In this document: positions 39,868-49,712 of the stretch, in pieces
Numbering within the stretch: the stretch's first letter is position 1
Layout: each line of letters starts with the position of its first letter
IMG/VR virus record: IMGVR_UViG_3300037478_000708
Location: 1-64,000 of that record
Length of the DNA stretch: 64,000 nt
Source of the DNA: a virus
Reading direction: 5' to 3' (one strand)
Program-made: the position numbers and the translations under genes
Notes under the pieces: model-generated
Databases searched by the model: none
The model's input: only the letters and a program-made list of their open reading frames with translations
Told to the model about the DNA's origin: nothing

Positions 39868-39910
39868 CTCCCTCGACACACGGTCCGCAGATACGCCCTA
39901 GGAGCCACGT

Positions 39911-41356
39911 ATGCCGATTCAGTTCAAGCCCAAGTCCTCCAAGCAGGAGGAGGAGCGGACCTCCGCCGAGCGGAGCCTCCTGCTCTTCACGGAGTCCGGC
40001 GAGCTGACCCTGGCGGGCCAGACGATCGCCGACTTCCTCGAGACGGTCGACTTCGAGGACGTCACCACGTCGCCGGAGGCGGAGGCGTTCCTCTTCAACC
40101 CCGACGTCACCGCAGACGATCCCTACGCCGACCTCGCGGAGGAGGGCGACGAAGAGGACGGTGACGAGGAGAAGGTCGCCGCGGACGCCGACGACGAGGA
40201 GGAAGACGACGAGGAGGAGGAAGACGACGACGAGGACGCCGACGAGAGCGCGCCGCAGGTGGTCCTGCCCGGCGAGGTCGCCGCTCGCCTGGCCGACATG
40301 GACGACCTGTCGGAGATGTTCGGCTTCTACCTCGACAAGCTCGGCGAGAAGGACGAACTCACGCTGAGCGAGAAGGCGACGCTCGCGGTCTTCGCGGACT
40401 ACCGCGACGACGAGGGCGGGCTCACCGACGAGGGCAAGCTCGCGGTCGCCAAGCACCTCGCCGCGGTGCTCTCCGAGGGCATGCTCGTCGAAGACGCCGA
40501 GTTCATCGACGAGAAGTTCCTCTCCAAGGGCCAGCGGATGAAGCGCGCGCGCATCGCGCGGAAGCCGAAGGCCGGCAAGAAGCGGATGGAGCTGAAGAAG
40601 CGCCGCAAGAAGCGCAAGCGCATGAAGGCCAAGGTGCTCCGCCAGGAGCGCAAGTTCCGCCGCAAGCGCAAGACGCGCCTCAAGATGCTCTCCCGCGAAC
40701 GCTCGTCCCACGAGGGCAGCGGCGAGAACGGCAAGGCCGAGGGTGTGATGATCTTCGGTCACGCGACCGGCATCGACGGCGCGGACTTCCGCGCGAGCCT
40801 GGCCGAGACGCCCGACCTCGAGTTCACCCGGGACGATCTCATCGCGCTCGACGCGCAGATGGGCAACGTCGTCGAGTGCCCCGAGTGCGAGGCTTCGAGC
40901 CCCTTCACGGCGCTGCTCGCCGTCGACGAGAAGAAGAAGAAGATGCCGCCGGCCTTCCTGAAGAACATCAAGGGCAAGAAGGGCAAGAAGGACGCCGACG
41001 GCGACAACGACGGCTCCGAGAAGGGCGAGAAGGACGAGGCCGCCGACGAAGCCGTCTCGCTGACGTGCCCGAAGTGCGAGCACGAGTTCCCCGTCGACGA
41101 GGCACGCGAGAAGCTCAAGGGGGCGAAGTACAACCACCCCGCGGCCAAGAGCGCGCGTGCGTCGGAGGCTCTGGCCAAGGAGACCTCCAAGGAGAAGGCC
41201 GCCGCGAAGAAGACCGGCAGCAACGAGTCCGCCGGTGGGCCGTTCTCGATCGTCTCCGGGCGCCCCGACCTCAGCGAGGGCCACAGCCTCGCGGCGCGGT
41301 CGCTCGGCGCGATGGGTCGGCTCAAGCCGAAGCCTCTCACGGAGGCCGCCGACTAG
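39911..41356 (+). CDS. Acidic/basic prohead-core-like protein with a split Zn-finger (CPEC..CPKC)
   Basis: D/E tract, then FIDE followed by a K/R tract reminiscent of T4 gp67/gp68 core proteins; many LxE sites. Confidence 0.55.
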   Translation: MPIQFKPKSSKQEEERTSAERSLLLFTESGELTLAGQTIADFLETVDFEDVTTSPEAEAFLFNPDVTADDPYADLAEEGDEEDGDEEKVAADADDEEEDDEEEEDDDEDADESAPQVVLPGEVAARLADMDDLSEMFGFYLDKLGEKDELTLSEKATLAVFADYRDDEGGLTDEGKLAVAKHLAAVLSEGMLVEDAEFIDEKFLSKGQRMKRARIARKPKAGKKRMELKKRRKKRKRMKAKVLRQERKFRRKRKTRLKMLSRERSSHEGSGENGKAEGVMIFGHATGIDGADFRASLAETPDLEFTRDDLIALDAQMGNVVECPECEASSPFTALLAVDEKKKKMPPAFLKNIKGKKGKKDADGDNDGSEKGEKDEAADEAVSLTCPKCEHEFPVDEAREKLKGAKYNHPAAKSARASEALAKETSKEKAAAKKTGSNESAGGPFSIVSGRPDLSEGHSLAARSLGAMGRLKPKPLTEAAD

Positions 41357-41413
41357 AGCCTCACGGAAGCAAGCTGGGCTAGTTCTCTCCGAACAGTCTT
41401 GCGCGCCATGCTT

Positions 41414-41454
41414 GGGCCTCCCCGTCTCGCCAACGGGGAGGCCCCCTTCTTTTC
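41414..41454 (+). terminator. Intrinsic terminator between convergent genes
   Basis: Perfect 12-bp stem GGGCCTCCCCGT/ACGGGGAGGCCC followed by CCTTCTTTTC. Confidence 0.8.
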
Positions 41455-42019
41455 AGCCGCGCGTGTCTTCCTCGTCTCGCTCCGCGTCCCGCTCCTTCTC
41501 TGCCCGCGCTATGCGGGCGCGGAGGTGGGGCTCGTGTCGCGCCACGTCCCGTTCCCGTTGGAGCTGGTCGCGCTCCACCTTGAGCTGATGGGCCTCGCGT
41601 TGGAGACTCAGGTTCGCGTCGCTGAGCCTCTGCGTGTACGTCCGCTCCGCCGCCAGAGCTTCGCGCAGTCTGACGACCTCGACGTGGACGTCCGCCGATT
41701 GGATTTCCTCCCAGAGGGAGTTCAGGGCTTCATTGGCGATGCCCGCGATGATGCGGTAGTGCGAGCGGCGCTCGTCGCCGTGGAGGGCGTGCTGAGCTAA
41801 GCCGCGGATCCGCTCCAGTGCGCCGGCCATCCGTGGCGCTCCCGCGAGCAGGCGTGCATTGGCCGCCTGTCCTGCCTCGTCGTTGTACGGATACTCGACC
41901 TTGGCGATGAGGTTAGGGGTGTCGCCGATCCGCGATCCGTCCTCGGCGTAGTGCGTTGGTCGGTCGTGGATCTCGTTCCCGTTGGCGACGACCCACTCCG
42001 CGTCCGCCTGTTGCTTCAA
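41453..42019 (-). CDS. Hypothetical phage protein (ANARLLAGAP motif, coiled-coil C-terminus)
   Basis: TTG start overlapping the upstream stop; GGAGG RBS on the minus strand. Confidence 0.65.
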   Translation of the reverse strand: MKQQADAEWVVANGNEIHDRPTHYAEDGSRIGDTPNLIAKVEYPYNDEAGQAANARLLAGAPRMAGALERIRGLAQHALHGDERRSHYRIIAGIANEALNSLWEEIQSADVHVEVVRLREALAAERTYTQRLSDANLSLQREAHQLKVERDQLQRERDVARHEPHLRARIARAEKERDAERDEEDTRG

Positions 42020-42252
42020 TGCCGCGCCTCCTCCGGCTCGAACGCATACCCGCAAGCGGTGCAGAGGTAGGCGAGCCTGTTGCCCGACTGACCGTTGTCC
42101 TCGACCTCCGTGCCCGGTCCGCAGTCGGGGCACTCCGGTTCGGCGGCCAGTTGGGCGGCAGCGGAGCGCAGGAGATCCTCGCGCCCGGCAAGCAGACACT
42201 CGATCGCGTACTCGTCGGCGTACATGGCTTCCCTCTCGTTCGTCGTTGCCAT
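42016..42252 (-). CDS. Small Zn-ribbon protein
   Basis: CPDC..CTAC; purine-rich leader. Confidence 0.65.
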   Translation of the reverse strand: MATTNEREAMYADEYAIECLLAGREDLLRSAAAQLAAEPECPDCGPGTEVEDNGQSGNRLAYLCTACGYAFEPEEARH

Positions 42253-42334
42253 GCTCTTCTCTTCGACGGAACCATATCCCGTTCTGAAGGCATTCGGGCT
42301 GGTTTTTTCAAGCGCGCGTCGGCAAGATTTTCCC

Positions 42335-42769
42335 GTGCCCGACAGCCCTCCGAATCCGCAGCTCCCGCCCGCTTCTACGACCCGGGTCGACGTGCGCGCT
42401 CAGGCGAGCGGCTTCTTCGCCCAACGCCGTCGCGGCGTCGTGCAGGAGCGCGCGCCCGGCTCGCTAAGCCGCGCGGACATCGATCGACTCATGGAGCGGG
42501 CCTACGCCGACGAAGCCTCTCCGGATCCCCCGGTCGCCCCGCAGAGGATCGAGAAGCGCCGGCCGCCGGCCGCGGAGCCCGTCGCCCGCCGCATGAGCCT
42601 TGCGCAGCTCGTTGCGCGCCTGCACGAGGCCAAGATGCGCAAGCGGACGCTTGCGGAGTCCGGCGACCCGGACGGCCCGGACGCGGCCTCCTGGGATCCG
42701 GGCGACGTCGTGCAGGGCGCACGGATCGCCGCAGGGGCGCTGGCACATCAACGCCGGAGGAACGGCTGA
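42335..42769 (+). CDS. Hypothetical protein
   Basis: GTG start; TGATG coupling to the next gene. Confidence 0.5.
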   Translation: MPDSPPNPQLPPASTTRVDVRAQASGFFAQRRRGVVQERAPGSLSRADIDRLMERAYADEASPDPPVAPQRIEKRRPPAAEPVARRMSLAQLVARLHEAKMRKRTLAESGDPDGPDAASWDPGDVVQGARIAAGALAHQRRRNG

Positions 42770-43422
42770 TGCGGCTCCGAGACTTCCTGTTCACCGACCC
42801 CGGGCACGCTCCGCTCGCGCACCTCTACGGGCTGCCCGTGCGCTTCCAGGGGCACGACGGCACGGTCTACAACGAGCGTGAGGCCCTGCGCTACCGGCAT
42901 TTCCTTTCGGATCCGATGAACGAGGGTCTCGACGAAGGCTTCCGCGACAACCTCGGGCGGTACTTCACCGAGGAGGAGGTCGATACGATCTTCCGCGGGA
43001 AGTCGCCGGATTACGTCATCGACCACGCGACCTGGCTCGCCCGCCACTACGAAGAGGACGACACCGAGCCCGTCGACGCGGTTGCCCTCGACGAGCTGGA
43101 CGAGATCCTCAAGGGTGGGGAGAACGTCCCCTCCGGCTACGACAAGCTCGCGATCAGCCGGCTCGAGAACGGCAAGTACCCCGGTCGGGCGGAGGACGGG
43201 AAGGGCTTCTGCTTCCACTGGGCCGATGGCCGCGGTGTCTGCGGCTTCCGCTTCCGGAACGACGCGCTGCGTTGGGCGAAGGCCGAGCCGCGGGACATCG
43301 TGCGCTTCTGGTACGGCGAGCCCACGGCGCCGAGCGGCAAGTTCCGCTTCCGTGTGCGCGAGCGCTACCGCGCGGACGAGTCGATCACCACGTTCTCCGA
43401 GCTTCTGGCCCGGCGCGGGTAG
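42769..43422 (+). CDS. Hypothetical protein with LDE linkers (possible internal head protein)
   Basis: MNEGLDEG, ALDELDEI and ADES motifs. Confidence 0.65.
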   Translation: MRLRDFLFTDPGHAPLAHLYGLPVRFQGHDGTVYNEREALRYRHFLSDPMNEGLDEGFRDNLGRYFTEEEVDTIFRGKSPDYVIDHATWLARHYEEDDTEPVDAVALDELDEILKGGENVPSGYDKLAISRLENGKYPGRAEDGKGFCFHWADGRGVCGFRFRNDALRWAKAEPRDIVRFWYGEPTAPSGKFRFRVRERYRADESITTFSELLARRG

Positions 43423-43632
43423 CGCCACGTAGACCCTCCACGCGCTGCGGGCGTTTTCAAGCGGGAAAGCTGTAGACATTGCGCTGCTACCTCTGCAAAA
43501 AGGGCATTGCGGGAGGCGAACCCCGCGTGACGCACAAGGCACCCGTCAACGGCCGGCTGCTGCCGAAGACATCGCATGCTGCGTGCGTCGCGGCTGCGCG
43601 GAAGCGTGGGTACGTCCGACCGCGGACGACCC

Positions 43633-44859
43633 GTGGCAAAAGCTAAGAAGCGCAAGACCGAGAAGTACGCACGCGTGACGATCGAGCGGCACGCGCTCGA
43701 GAGCATCGTCGACGCCGGCTACAACCCCCGGCTCATCTCGCAGGAGGCGCTCGACGGCCTGTCGCAGAGCCTCGTCGACCTCGGTCTCCTGACGCACCTC
43801 GTCGTCAACCGAACGCGCGAGGGCCTCGTGCTGGTCGGGGGACATCAGCGCCGCCGGATCCTGCGCGAGTCCGGCGTGACCGAGGTCGACTGCATCGTGG
43901 TCGAGTTCGACCCCGACCGCGAGAAGCACGCGAACTACAGCCTCAACAACCGCGAGATCCAAGGCGAGTTTGTTCCGGAGCTGCTCAAGTCCGTGCTACA
44001 GCGGATCCGGGAGAGCGTCGGAGACGACCACAAGAAGCTCTTCGCGCGCCTGCGGTTCGACTCGCTCTACCGCTCCGTCCTGCGCCAGCTCGCTCACGTC
44101 GAGCCGAAGGCGAAGGGCAGCGTGACGCGCGGCAAGGTGCGCGACGACGACATCCCGAACCTGTCGCGCACGCGAGCGGTCTCCGAGGACGGGCAGCTCT
44201 ACGCGCTCGGCGACCATCGGCTCTACTGCGGCAAGGTGACGCAGCCGGGGAGCTTGACGGTGTTCGACGTCGAGCGCGCGGACATGGGCTTCCTGCGACT
44301 CTGCCAGGACGATCCTTTCACGTCCGAGTTTCTGGAGGTCGTGCTCGGGCACCAACTTCAAAACACGGAGGGGGTGGTCTACGTCGCGGGTCACTTCGAT
44401 TCGATCGCCGACGTGCAGGGTGCCTTCGAGGCGATGGGCGGGCACTGGAGCAACACGCTCATGTTCTTCCCGAAGGAGGCGAAAGGTCGACGCGACGATC
44501 CCTATCGCGACGTCGTGGTTCCGGTGCTCTACGGCTGGCGGGAAGGCTCCGATCACGGCTTCTACGGCGGGCGTCGACAGGCGAACGTGGCGCACCTCGA
44601 GGGGCTTCCACCGAAGACCGACGTCGCCGTCGAGATCGTGCAGCTCGCGATGGAGAACAGCTCGCGGCCGGGAGACGTCGTGCTCGACGCGATGCTCGCT
44701 CACGGCGCAACCCTGATTGCCGCCGAGAAGCTCGGTCGCAAGCTCATCGGCTACGTGCACTCGGCGCGCGAAATGGATCGCATCCGTCACCGGTGGACGC
44801 GGTTCGTGCACGGCCCGCGCGCTGACTGGCGCAAGAAAACCACGGAGGTACCGACTTGA
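43633..44859 (+). CDS. ParB-N domain fused to a degenerate (probably inactive) DNA methyltransferase
   Basis: YNPR..VGGHQR (ParB); DPPY replaced by RLCQ; FxGxG replaced by MLAHG. Confidence 0.75.
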   Translation: MAKAKKRKTEKYARVTIERHALESIVDAGYNPRLISQEALDGLSQSLVDLGLLTHLVVNRTREGLVLVGGHQRRRILRESGVTEVDCIVVEFDPDREKHANYSLNNREIQGEFVPELLKSVLQRIRESVGDDHKKLFARLRFDSLYRSVLRQLAHVEPKAKGSVTRGKVRDDDIPNLSRTRAVSEDGQLYALGDHRLYCGKVTQPGSLTVFDVERADMGFLRLCQDDPFTSEFLEVVLGHQLQNTEGVVYVAGHFDSIADVQGAFEAMGGHWSNTLMFFPKEAKGRRDDPYRDVVVPVLYGWREGSDHGFYGGRRQANVAHLEGLPPKTDVAVEIVQLAMENSSRPGDVVLDAMLAHGATLIAAEKLGRKLIGYVHSAREMDRIRHRWTRFVHGPRADWRKKTTEVPT

Positions 44860-45257
44860 ACGCGCTACGACGCCTACGTGCCCTGCTCGCAGATCTGCCC
44901 CTGAGTGACCTGCAGCTCAATCCGGTGTCAGGAGTCGTGAATCAGATCGAGTCGGAGATGCTGGAGGGTGCGGCGGCCGTGCTCGCACTCGGCTCCCTCC
45001 AGCAGATGATCGACGTGCGCTTCTTTGGGCACAGCCGGCCGTGCCCAATCTGCGCGCAGCACAAGACGCACGCGACCACGTGCTACGTGCGCAAGGCGAC
45101 GGGCTGGGATCTGCTCGACGAGACCGAGGCAACGATTCGCGAGAACGACGAGCTTCGGCGCGCGCTGGCGCGGCACCTGCCGCACAACGGCAAGACGATC
45201 CTCGCGGGGCAGCCCTACCGAAGCCTGAAGGACCGCGCTCGTCTTCACGGGGGGTAG
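44856..45257 (+). CDS. Hypothetical protein (CPIC..H..C)
   Basis: Coupled ORF. Confidence 0.55.
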   Translation: MNALRRLRALLADLPLSDLQLNPVSGVVNQIESEMLEGAAAVLALGSLQQMIDVRFFGHSRPCPICAQHKTHATTCYVRKATGWDLLDETEATIRENDELRRALARHLPHNGKTILAGQPYRSLKDRARLHGG

Positions 45258-45352
45258 ACGCCCGCCTCCTCGATCGAGAAGATACGCGTCCTGCCTGGAG
45301 TCCACACCTTGAACCTCCCACCCTTCCGCATGGCGCGGAACTGGAGCGCTTG

Positions 45353-47239
45353 ATGCCCGACGCAGCACACCCCGATTCCGTGAAAGAGCTGGACGAGTTC
45401 GCAGCCGGCGTGACGCTCTCCCAGCTCGCGATGTCCAAACCCGATCCGCTGACCGCGGACTACGTGGCGCAGTGGGCACGTGGGCTGGTCGAGATGACCG
45501 CGGCCGGTCGACAGCTCATCGACGCCCTGTACGCCGCGCTGGAGCCCAAGTACGTGCAGTTCGCGTATCGTGCGGGCTTCGGGGAGGTCCCGAACGCGAT
45601 GCAGAACCTCCAGATGGAGCTGGAGGACATCATCACGGAGATCTCCGTGCCGGAGGTCAACTACCCCGCGCTCTCGCACGAGTACCTCGAGGGCAAGGAC
45701 GCGGTGGGCTTCGTCGTCAAGGCGTTCACGGCCTTCTACGAGACGATCGGCAGCCCGCCCCCGAAGACGCTTCAAGCGCTGCCGGGTGGCACGGTGCTCT
45801 GGACCCTGATGCAGGGCATCGCGCAACTGAACCTCCACACGGCCGACCTCGGCTGGATGATCGACAAGTTGTGGGGTCCGGAAGAGCCGCCGGTGGATCC
45901 GCCGGCCGGAGGGGGCGGGTCGCCGTTCACCCTGCCGGGTGAGCCCTGGCACGACGAGAACCCGACCGAGCCCCTGATGGTGCCGTCGGGCTCGAACCCG
46001 CTCGTCTACGCGCTCGACGAGGCGAAGAAGGAGCACGCGGGCAAGACGTTCACCGAGGCCGACGTCATCCACGTCTACACGCAGCCCTACAACGGGCTCG
46101 GTCTCGGGATCGGTGCGACGGGCTGGACCCCGCTGATCTCCTACGCGCCGTGGTGGGGCGCTGCGCTGCTCGTGCTGCACGGGCAGGGTGCCGACCAGTC
46201 GATCATCCAGCCGAACGGTGGCGGCGGCTGGGGCTCCTCCTGGGGCTTCGAGCCGCACCCCGGCTGGACGGGTCGGATGGTGCTCGTCGGCTTCAAGCTC
46301 ATCGCCTCCGGCGGCAACGCGATCAGCGGTGGGCTCTACGGCTCGCAGACCGAGAACCCGCTGCGCGAGCTGCACATCGTCGCGAGCGAGTTCTGGGACG
46401 GCCCCGAGCGCTGCACGCGGCCGGTGTCGCTCAACCAGGCGTCGATCACGTTCCACCGCTGCAAGGCGCGGCTGCCGAAGTCGAAGGAGCACTTCTGCTA
46501 CAGCCGTAACCCCTACGGTCCGGCCGGCATGAACGACTGCGACATCGACGGTCTCGGTGCGCAGCCCTGGCAGGAGGTCGCGCGCCCGAGCGAGGGTCCG
46601 ACCTACCCCGTCGACGAGACGGTCATCACGGGGCTCGTCGCGCGGCACTACCACCAAGACGCCGGCCGCGCGGGGAGTGCCGTCACGCAGGCGGGCTCCG
46701 GGCGCATCTTCCGCGTGAAGGACTCGACGTTCGTCGACGTCGACCGCTCGGAGGAGAACCCGCCGGCTTGGGGCTCGGGCCTTCAGTCCTACGGGTGCCA
46801 CGTCACCTACACCGGTGGCATGGACAACTTCCGCCCGCTCCCCGGGGGCTTCGCCAACAAGGGCGTCTACTACGAGAACGTCGACTTCGTGCACAAGGAT
46901 CCCAACCGCACGCTCGTCACGTTCAACTCGGTCGAGACCGTGCGCATGACGGGCTGCGGGATCTGGGGCACCAAGGGTGTCGCGGTCGCGTCCGACCCGG
47001 GCGAAGGCGGCATCGTCGGCGATCTGGAGATCTCCGGCTGCAACACGCCCGAGGCCAGGGCGCGCATCCTCGCCAAGAGCGCCGAGCTGGATCTCGGCGT
47101 GACCGAGGAGCATCTGGTCGAATCGACCTTCCGCTTCGGGTCCGACAAGAACAAGGCGGAGACCGGCATCGCGATCTCCAAGGGGTTCAAGGTCAAGGAC
47201 ACCGCGATCGTCGGCGCGTTCTCCGGTACGCCCGGCTGA
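45353..47239 (+). CDS. Large protein with helical N-terminus, Pro/Gly hinge and beta-rich (possibly beta-helix) C-terminal domain
   Basis: GGAG RBS; composition; cUUCGg-like hairpin after the stop. Confidence 0.6.
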   Translation: MPDAAHPDSVKELDEFAAGVTLSQLAMSKPDPLTADYVAQWARGLVEMTAAGRQLIDALYAALEPKYVQFAYRAGFGEVPNAMQNLQMELEDIITEISVPEVNYPALSHEYLEGKDAVGFVVKAFTAFYETIGSPPPKTLQALPGGTVLWTLMQGIAQLNLHTADLGWMIDKLWGPEEPPVDPPAGGGGSPFTLPGEPWHDENPTEPLMVPSGSNPLVYALDEAKKEHAGKTFTEADVIHVYTQPYNGLGLGIGATGWTPLISYAPWWGAALLVLHGQGADQSIIQPNGGGGWGSSWGFEPHPGWTGRMVLVGFKLIASGGNAISGGLYGSQTENPLRELHIVASEFWDGPERCTRPVSLNQASITFHRCKARLPKSKEHFCYSRNPYGPAGMNDCDIDGLGAQPWQEVARPSEGPTYPVDETVITGLVARHYHQDAGRAGSAVTQAGSGRIFRVKDSTFVDVDRSEENPPAWGSGLQSYGCHVTYTGGMDNFRPLPGGFANKGVYYENVDFVHKDPNRTLVTFNSVETVRMTGCGIWGTKGVAVASDPGEGGIVGDLEISGCNTPEARARILAKSAELDLGVTEEHLVESTFRFGSDKNKAETGIAISKGFKVKDTAIVGAFSGTPG

Positions 47240-47324
47240 TTCAGCACTTCGGCGGGGGGCGTGCTTTCGGGCGCGCTCCCCGCTACGCTCTCGCGCATCT
47301 CCCTACCAACGAGGGCGTGAATCA

Positions 47325-48569
47325 ATGCCGGCGCAGATCAGGACGGAGTTGGAGGTCGCGAAGCTCGATCTCCGCAGACTTGAGTTCGCGGCCTACAACC
47401 CGCGGACCATCTCCGCCGAAGCGCGGCGGGGTCTGCACGAGTCGCTGGAGTCGCTCGGCCTGCTCGAGCTGCCCATCGTCAACGTGCGCCACGACCCTCC
47501 CAGGATCGTCAGCGGGCACCAACGGGTACGGGAGCTACTCGACGCCGGCTACACGCACTCGGACGGCGTTGTCGTGCGCATGGATGACACGGCCGAGATG
47601 GTCGCGAACGTCGCGCTCAACAACCACGCCGCGCAGGGCACGTTCGACCCGGTGCGCGCGCTCGCGAACGTCGAGAGGGTTGCGAAGACCTTGCCTCGCC
47701 CCGACTACACGCGCTTCGAGCAGCTCAGCCAGAAGCTCCGCGAGCAGGCGCGTAGGGCGCAGGCCAGCTCGAACCCGCGGGCCGAAGACGCCGTGTCCGA
47801 AGAAGCGGAGGCGGCTGACTCGGAGATCGGGCAGGTCTACTACCTCGGCGAGAGCGTGCTCTACTGCGGTGACTACCGAGACGGGCTCGCGGCCATTCTC
47901 AAGCGCAAGAAGGTCGACGTCGCGATCACCGATCCGCCGTACAACATCGCCTACACGAGCGGGAAATGGTTTCGCAACGACAAGCTGCGCGAAGAGATCG
48001 AAGGGGATGAGCAGGATCCCGCTGCTTGGACGGAGTTCGTGCGGGACTTCTGCGCGGCGCTCCTGAAAACGGTCAAGGGTGCGATCTACCTGTTCACGGC
48101 TGCGCAGGAGATGCACGAGGTTCAATCCGCCTTCGTGGAAGCCGGCGGAGACGTGCACCGCTGGATCGTGTGCGCGAAGGACGCGCATCCGCTGTCGCCG
48201 AGCGACTACCACCCGCAGTACGAACTCGTGCTCTACGGAGGTCGCGCGCGCACGGAGGTCGCCTACTTCGGGAAGGCGAAGACGAACGTCGTGCCCACGA
48301 AACGTCCGACCAAGAACGAGCTGCACCCGGCGCAGAAGCCGGTGAAGCTCATTCGCGAGTTCGTCGAAGACTGCACCGACGTCGGTGACACGATCCTCGA
48401 CCTCTTCGCGGGCTCGGGCACCGTGCTCTGCGTGGCCGCAGAGCTAGAGCGCATCTGCTACTCCTGCGAGATCGACCCGGCGAACTGCGACAAGATCCGG
48501 AGGCGCTGGACCGAGCAGGTGCACGGGAAGGGAGCGGACTGGCGAAACCTGACGCAGGTGAAAGTGTGA
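47325..48569 (+). CDS. ParB-N domain fused to a DNA methyltransferase with intact motifs
   Basis: YNPR..VSGHQR; TDPPY; HPAQKP; DLFAGSG. Confidence 0.9.
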   Translation: MPAQIRTELEVAKLDLRRLEFAAYNPRTISAEARRGLHESLESLGLLELPIVNVRHDPPRIVSGHQRVRELLDAGYTHSDGVVVRMDDTAEMVANVALNNHAAQGTFDPVRALANVERVAKTLPRPDYTRFEQLSQKLREQARRAQASSNPRAEDAVSEEAEAADSEIGQVYYLGESVLYCGDYRDGLAAILKRKKVDVAITDPPYNIAYTSGKWFRNDKLREEIEGDEQDPAAWTEFVRDFCAALLKTVKGAIYLFTAAQEMHEVQSAFVEAGGDVHRWIVCAKDAHPLSPSDYHPQYELVLYGGRARTEVAYFGKAKTNVVPTKRPTKNELHPAQKPVKLIREFVEDCTDVGDTILDLFAGSGTVLCVAAELERICYSCEIDPANCDKIRRRWTEQVHGKGADWRNLTQVKV

Positions 48570-49042
48570 TCCTCGTCAGCGGACTCCCTTCCAGCGGCAA
48601 TCGGCTGATCGCGGAGCACATCAAGCGCGGCGTTGCGGCAGCGCGCTCCGAGGAGTTCGTGCAGATCTGGCACGGGGATAACGAAGCTCCGAACGTCACG
48701 CGGCCGGAGGGAGAGCGTTTGGCCGTCGTCATGCCCGTGCGCGGTGAGTCGTTTCGGCTGCGCTCCGTCGACGAGCGCCTGCGCAGAGGTGAGGGGGTCC
48801 TGCCGAGCGACGTCGCGCAGATGCGCGCCAATCTCGTCCGGTTTCTCAGTTGGAACGACTGCCCTGTCTACGTGCTCAGCCTGGAGGGGCTCGCGCAGAG
48901 TCCGGAGGCCGAAGGGCGTCTTCTCTTCACGTATCTCCGGCTGCCTTGGGTACCCTGGCCAGCCGCGTTCTCTTCGGATCCGCGCAGGCCCGAGCTAGGG
49001 CGGGTCTACGATCCGAACCGACGCTACGGCCCCGTCCAGTGA
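48566..49042 (+). CDS. Sulfotransferase-like P-loop protein (copy B, paralog of 7861)
   Basis: GLPSSGN..EHI..IWHG..PVR..WVPWP shared with copy A. Confidence 0.55.
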   Translation: MILVSGLPSSGNRLIAEHIKRGVAAARSEEFVQIWHGDNEAPNVTRPEGERLAVVMPVRGESFRLRSVDERLRRGEGVLPSDVAQMRANLVRFLSWNDCPVYVLSLEGLAQSPEAEGRLLFTYLRLPWVPWPAAFSSDPRRPELGRVYDPNRRYGPVQ

Positions 49043-49058
49043 CAGCGTGTCACTGGAC
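49034..49058. repeat. Dispersed palindrome copy 7 (inverted), spanning a stop codon and abutting the next ATG
   Basis: GTCCAGTGACA-GCG-TGTCACTGGAC. Confidence 0.95.
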
Positions 49059-49703
49059 ATGCACCACCTCACATCGGAGGTTGCCTTGATCGACTGGAAT
49101 GACTACGCCGCGAGCGCGATGCGCACCGCGGTCGACTACCCCGGCCGGGGAATGAAGCTCGGATTGCTCTACACGACGCTCGGCCTGCGCGGAGAGAGCG
49201 GCGAGGTCGTGGAGCAGGCCAAGAAGCTCCTGCGCGACGACCACACGGCGATGACGGACGCGCGGCGACAGGGGTTTCTGGGTGAGCTGGGAGACGTGTG
49301 CTGGTACGCCGCGGCGGTGGCGAGCGAAGCGCGACTCAGCCTGGGCTACTGCCGAATCAAGTCACCGCTCGACGCGTCCGCTCTGGACTATCCCCTGCGC
49401 GGGTCGGAGATCGGGCTCTGCGCTGCGTCCGCTCGGCTGCACTCGGCGTGCGCCAAGGTCGGGGACTTTGCGTTGACGGTCATGAGCTACGCCGTAGCTG
49501 ACGGCGAGCACTGGTACGACGTCAGTCAGGGGCGCCGCGTGCGCGGGCTCGTGGCGACGGGGCTCGGTCAGGTCATGTTTTGGGTCGGAGCTGTCGCGGA
49601 AGAGGCGGGCTTCACACTCGATCTGACGCTGCGGACCAACCTCGCCAAGTTCGCGTCTCGCAAGGACCGCGGCGTTCTTCACGGCGACGGCAGCACTCGC
49701 TAA
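49059..49703 (+). CDS. mazG: MazG-like nucleotide pyrophosphohydrolase
   Basis: LGLRGESGEVVEQAKK..ELGDVCWY..NLAKFASRKDRGVLHGDG. Confidence 0.85.
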   Translation: MHHLTSEVALIDWNDYAASAMRTAVDYPGRGMKLGLLYTTLGLRGESGEVVEQAKKLLRDDHTAMTDARRQGFLGELGDVCWYAAAVASEARLSLGYCRIKSPLDASALDYPLRGSEIGLCAASARLHSACAKVGDFALTVMSYAVADGEHWYDVSQGRRVRGLVATGLGQVMFWVGAVAEEAGFTLDLTLRTNLAKFASRKDRGVLHGDGSTR

Positions 49704-49712
49704 CCTCGGCTC

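Noticed and set aside
40140-40250. GAC/GAG-rich low-complexity tract as a DNA repeat element
   Set aside because: Explained by a poly-Asp/Glu protein segment.
32630-41284. Very long minus-strand ORFs (32630..36490, 1286 aa; 37766..41284, 1172 aa) and many similar antisense ORFs
   Set aside because: Shadow ORFs of high-GC3 sense genes: rich in L/V/R/D/E from reversed codons, no motifs, fully overlapping well-supported + strand genes.
43471-43501. TGTAGACA promoter upstream of the dead MTase
   Set aside because: The -35-like box is present but there is no TAnnnT at 17-18 bp, so it is not listed as a feature.
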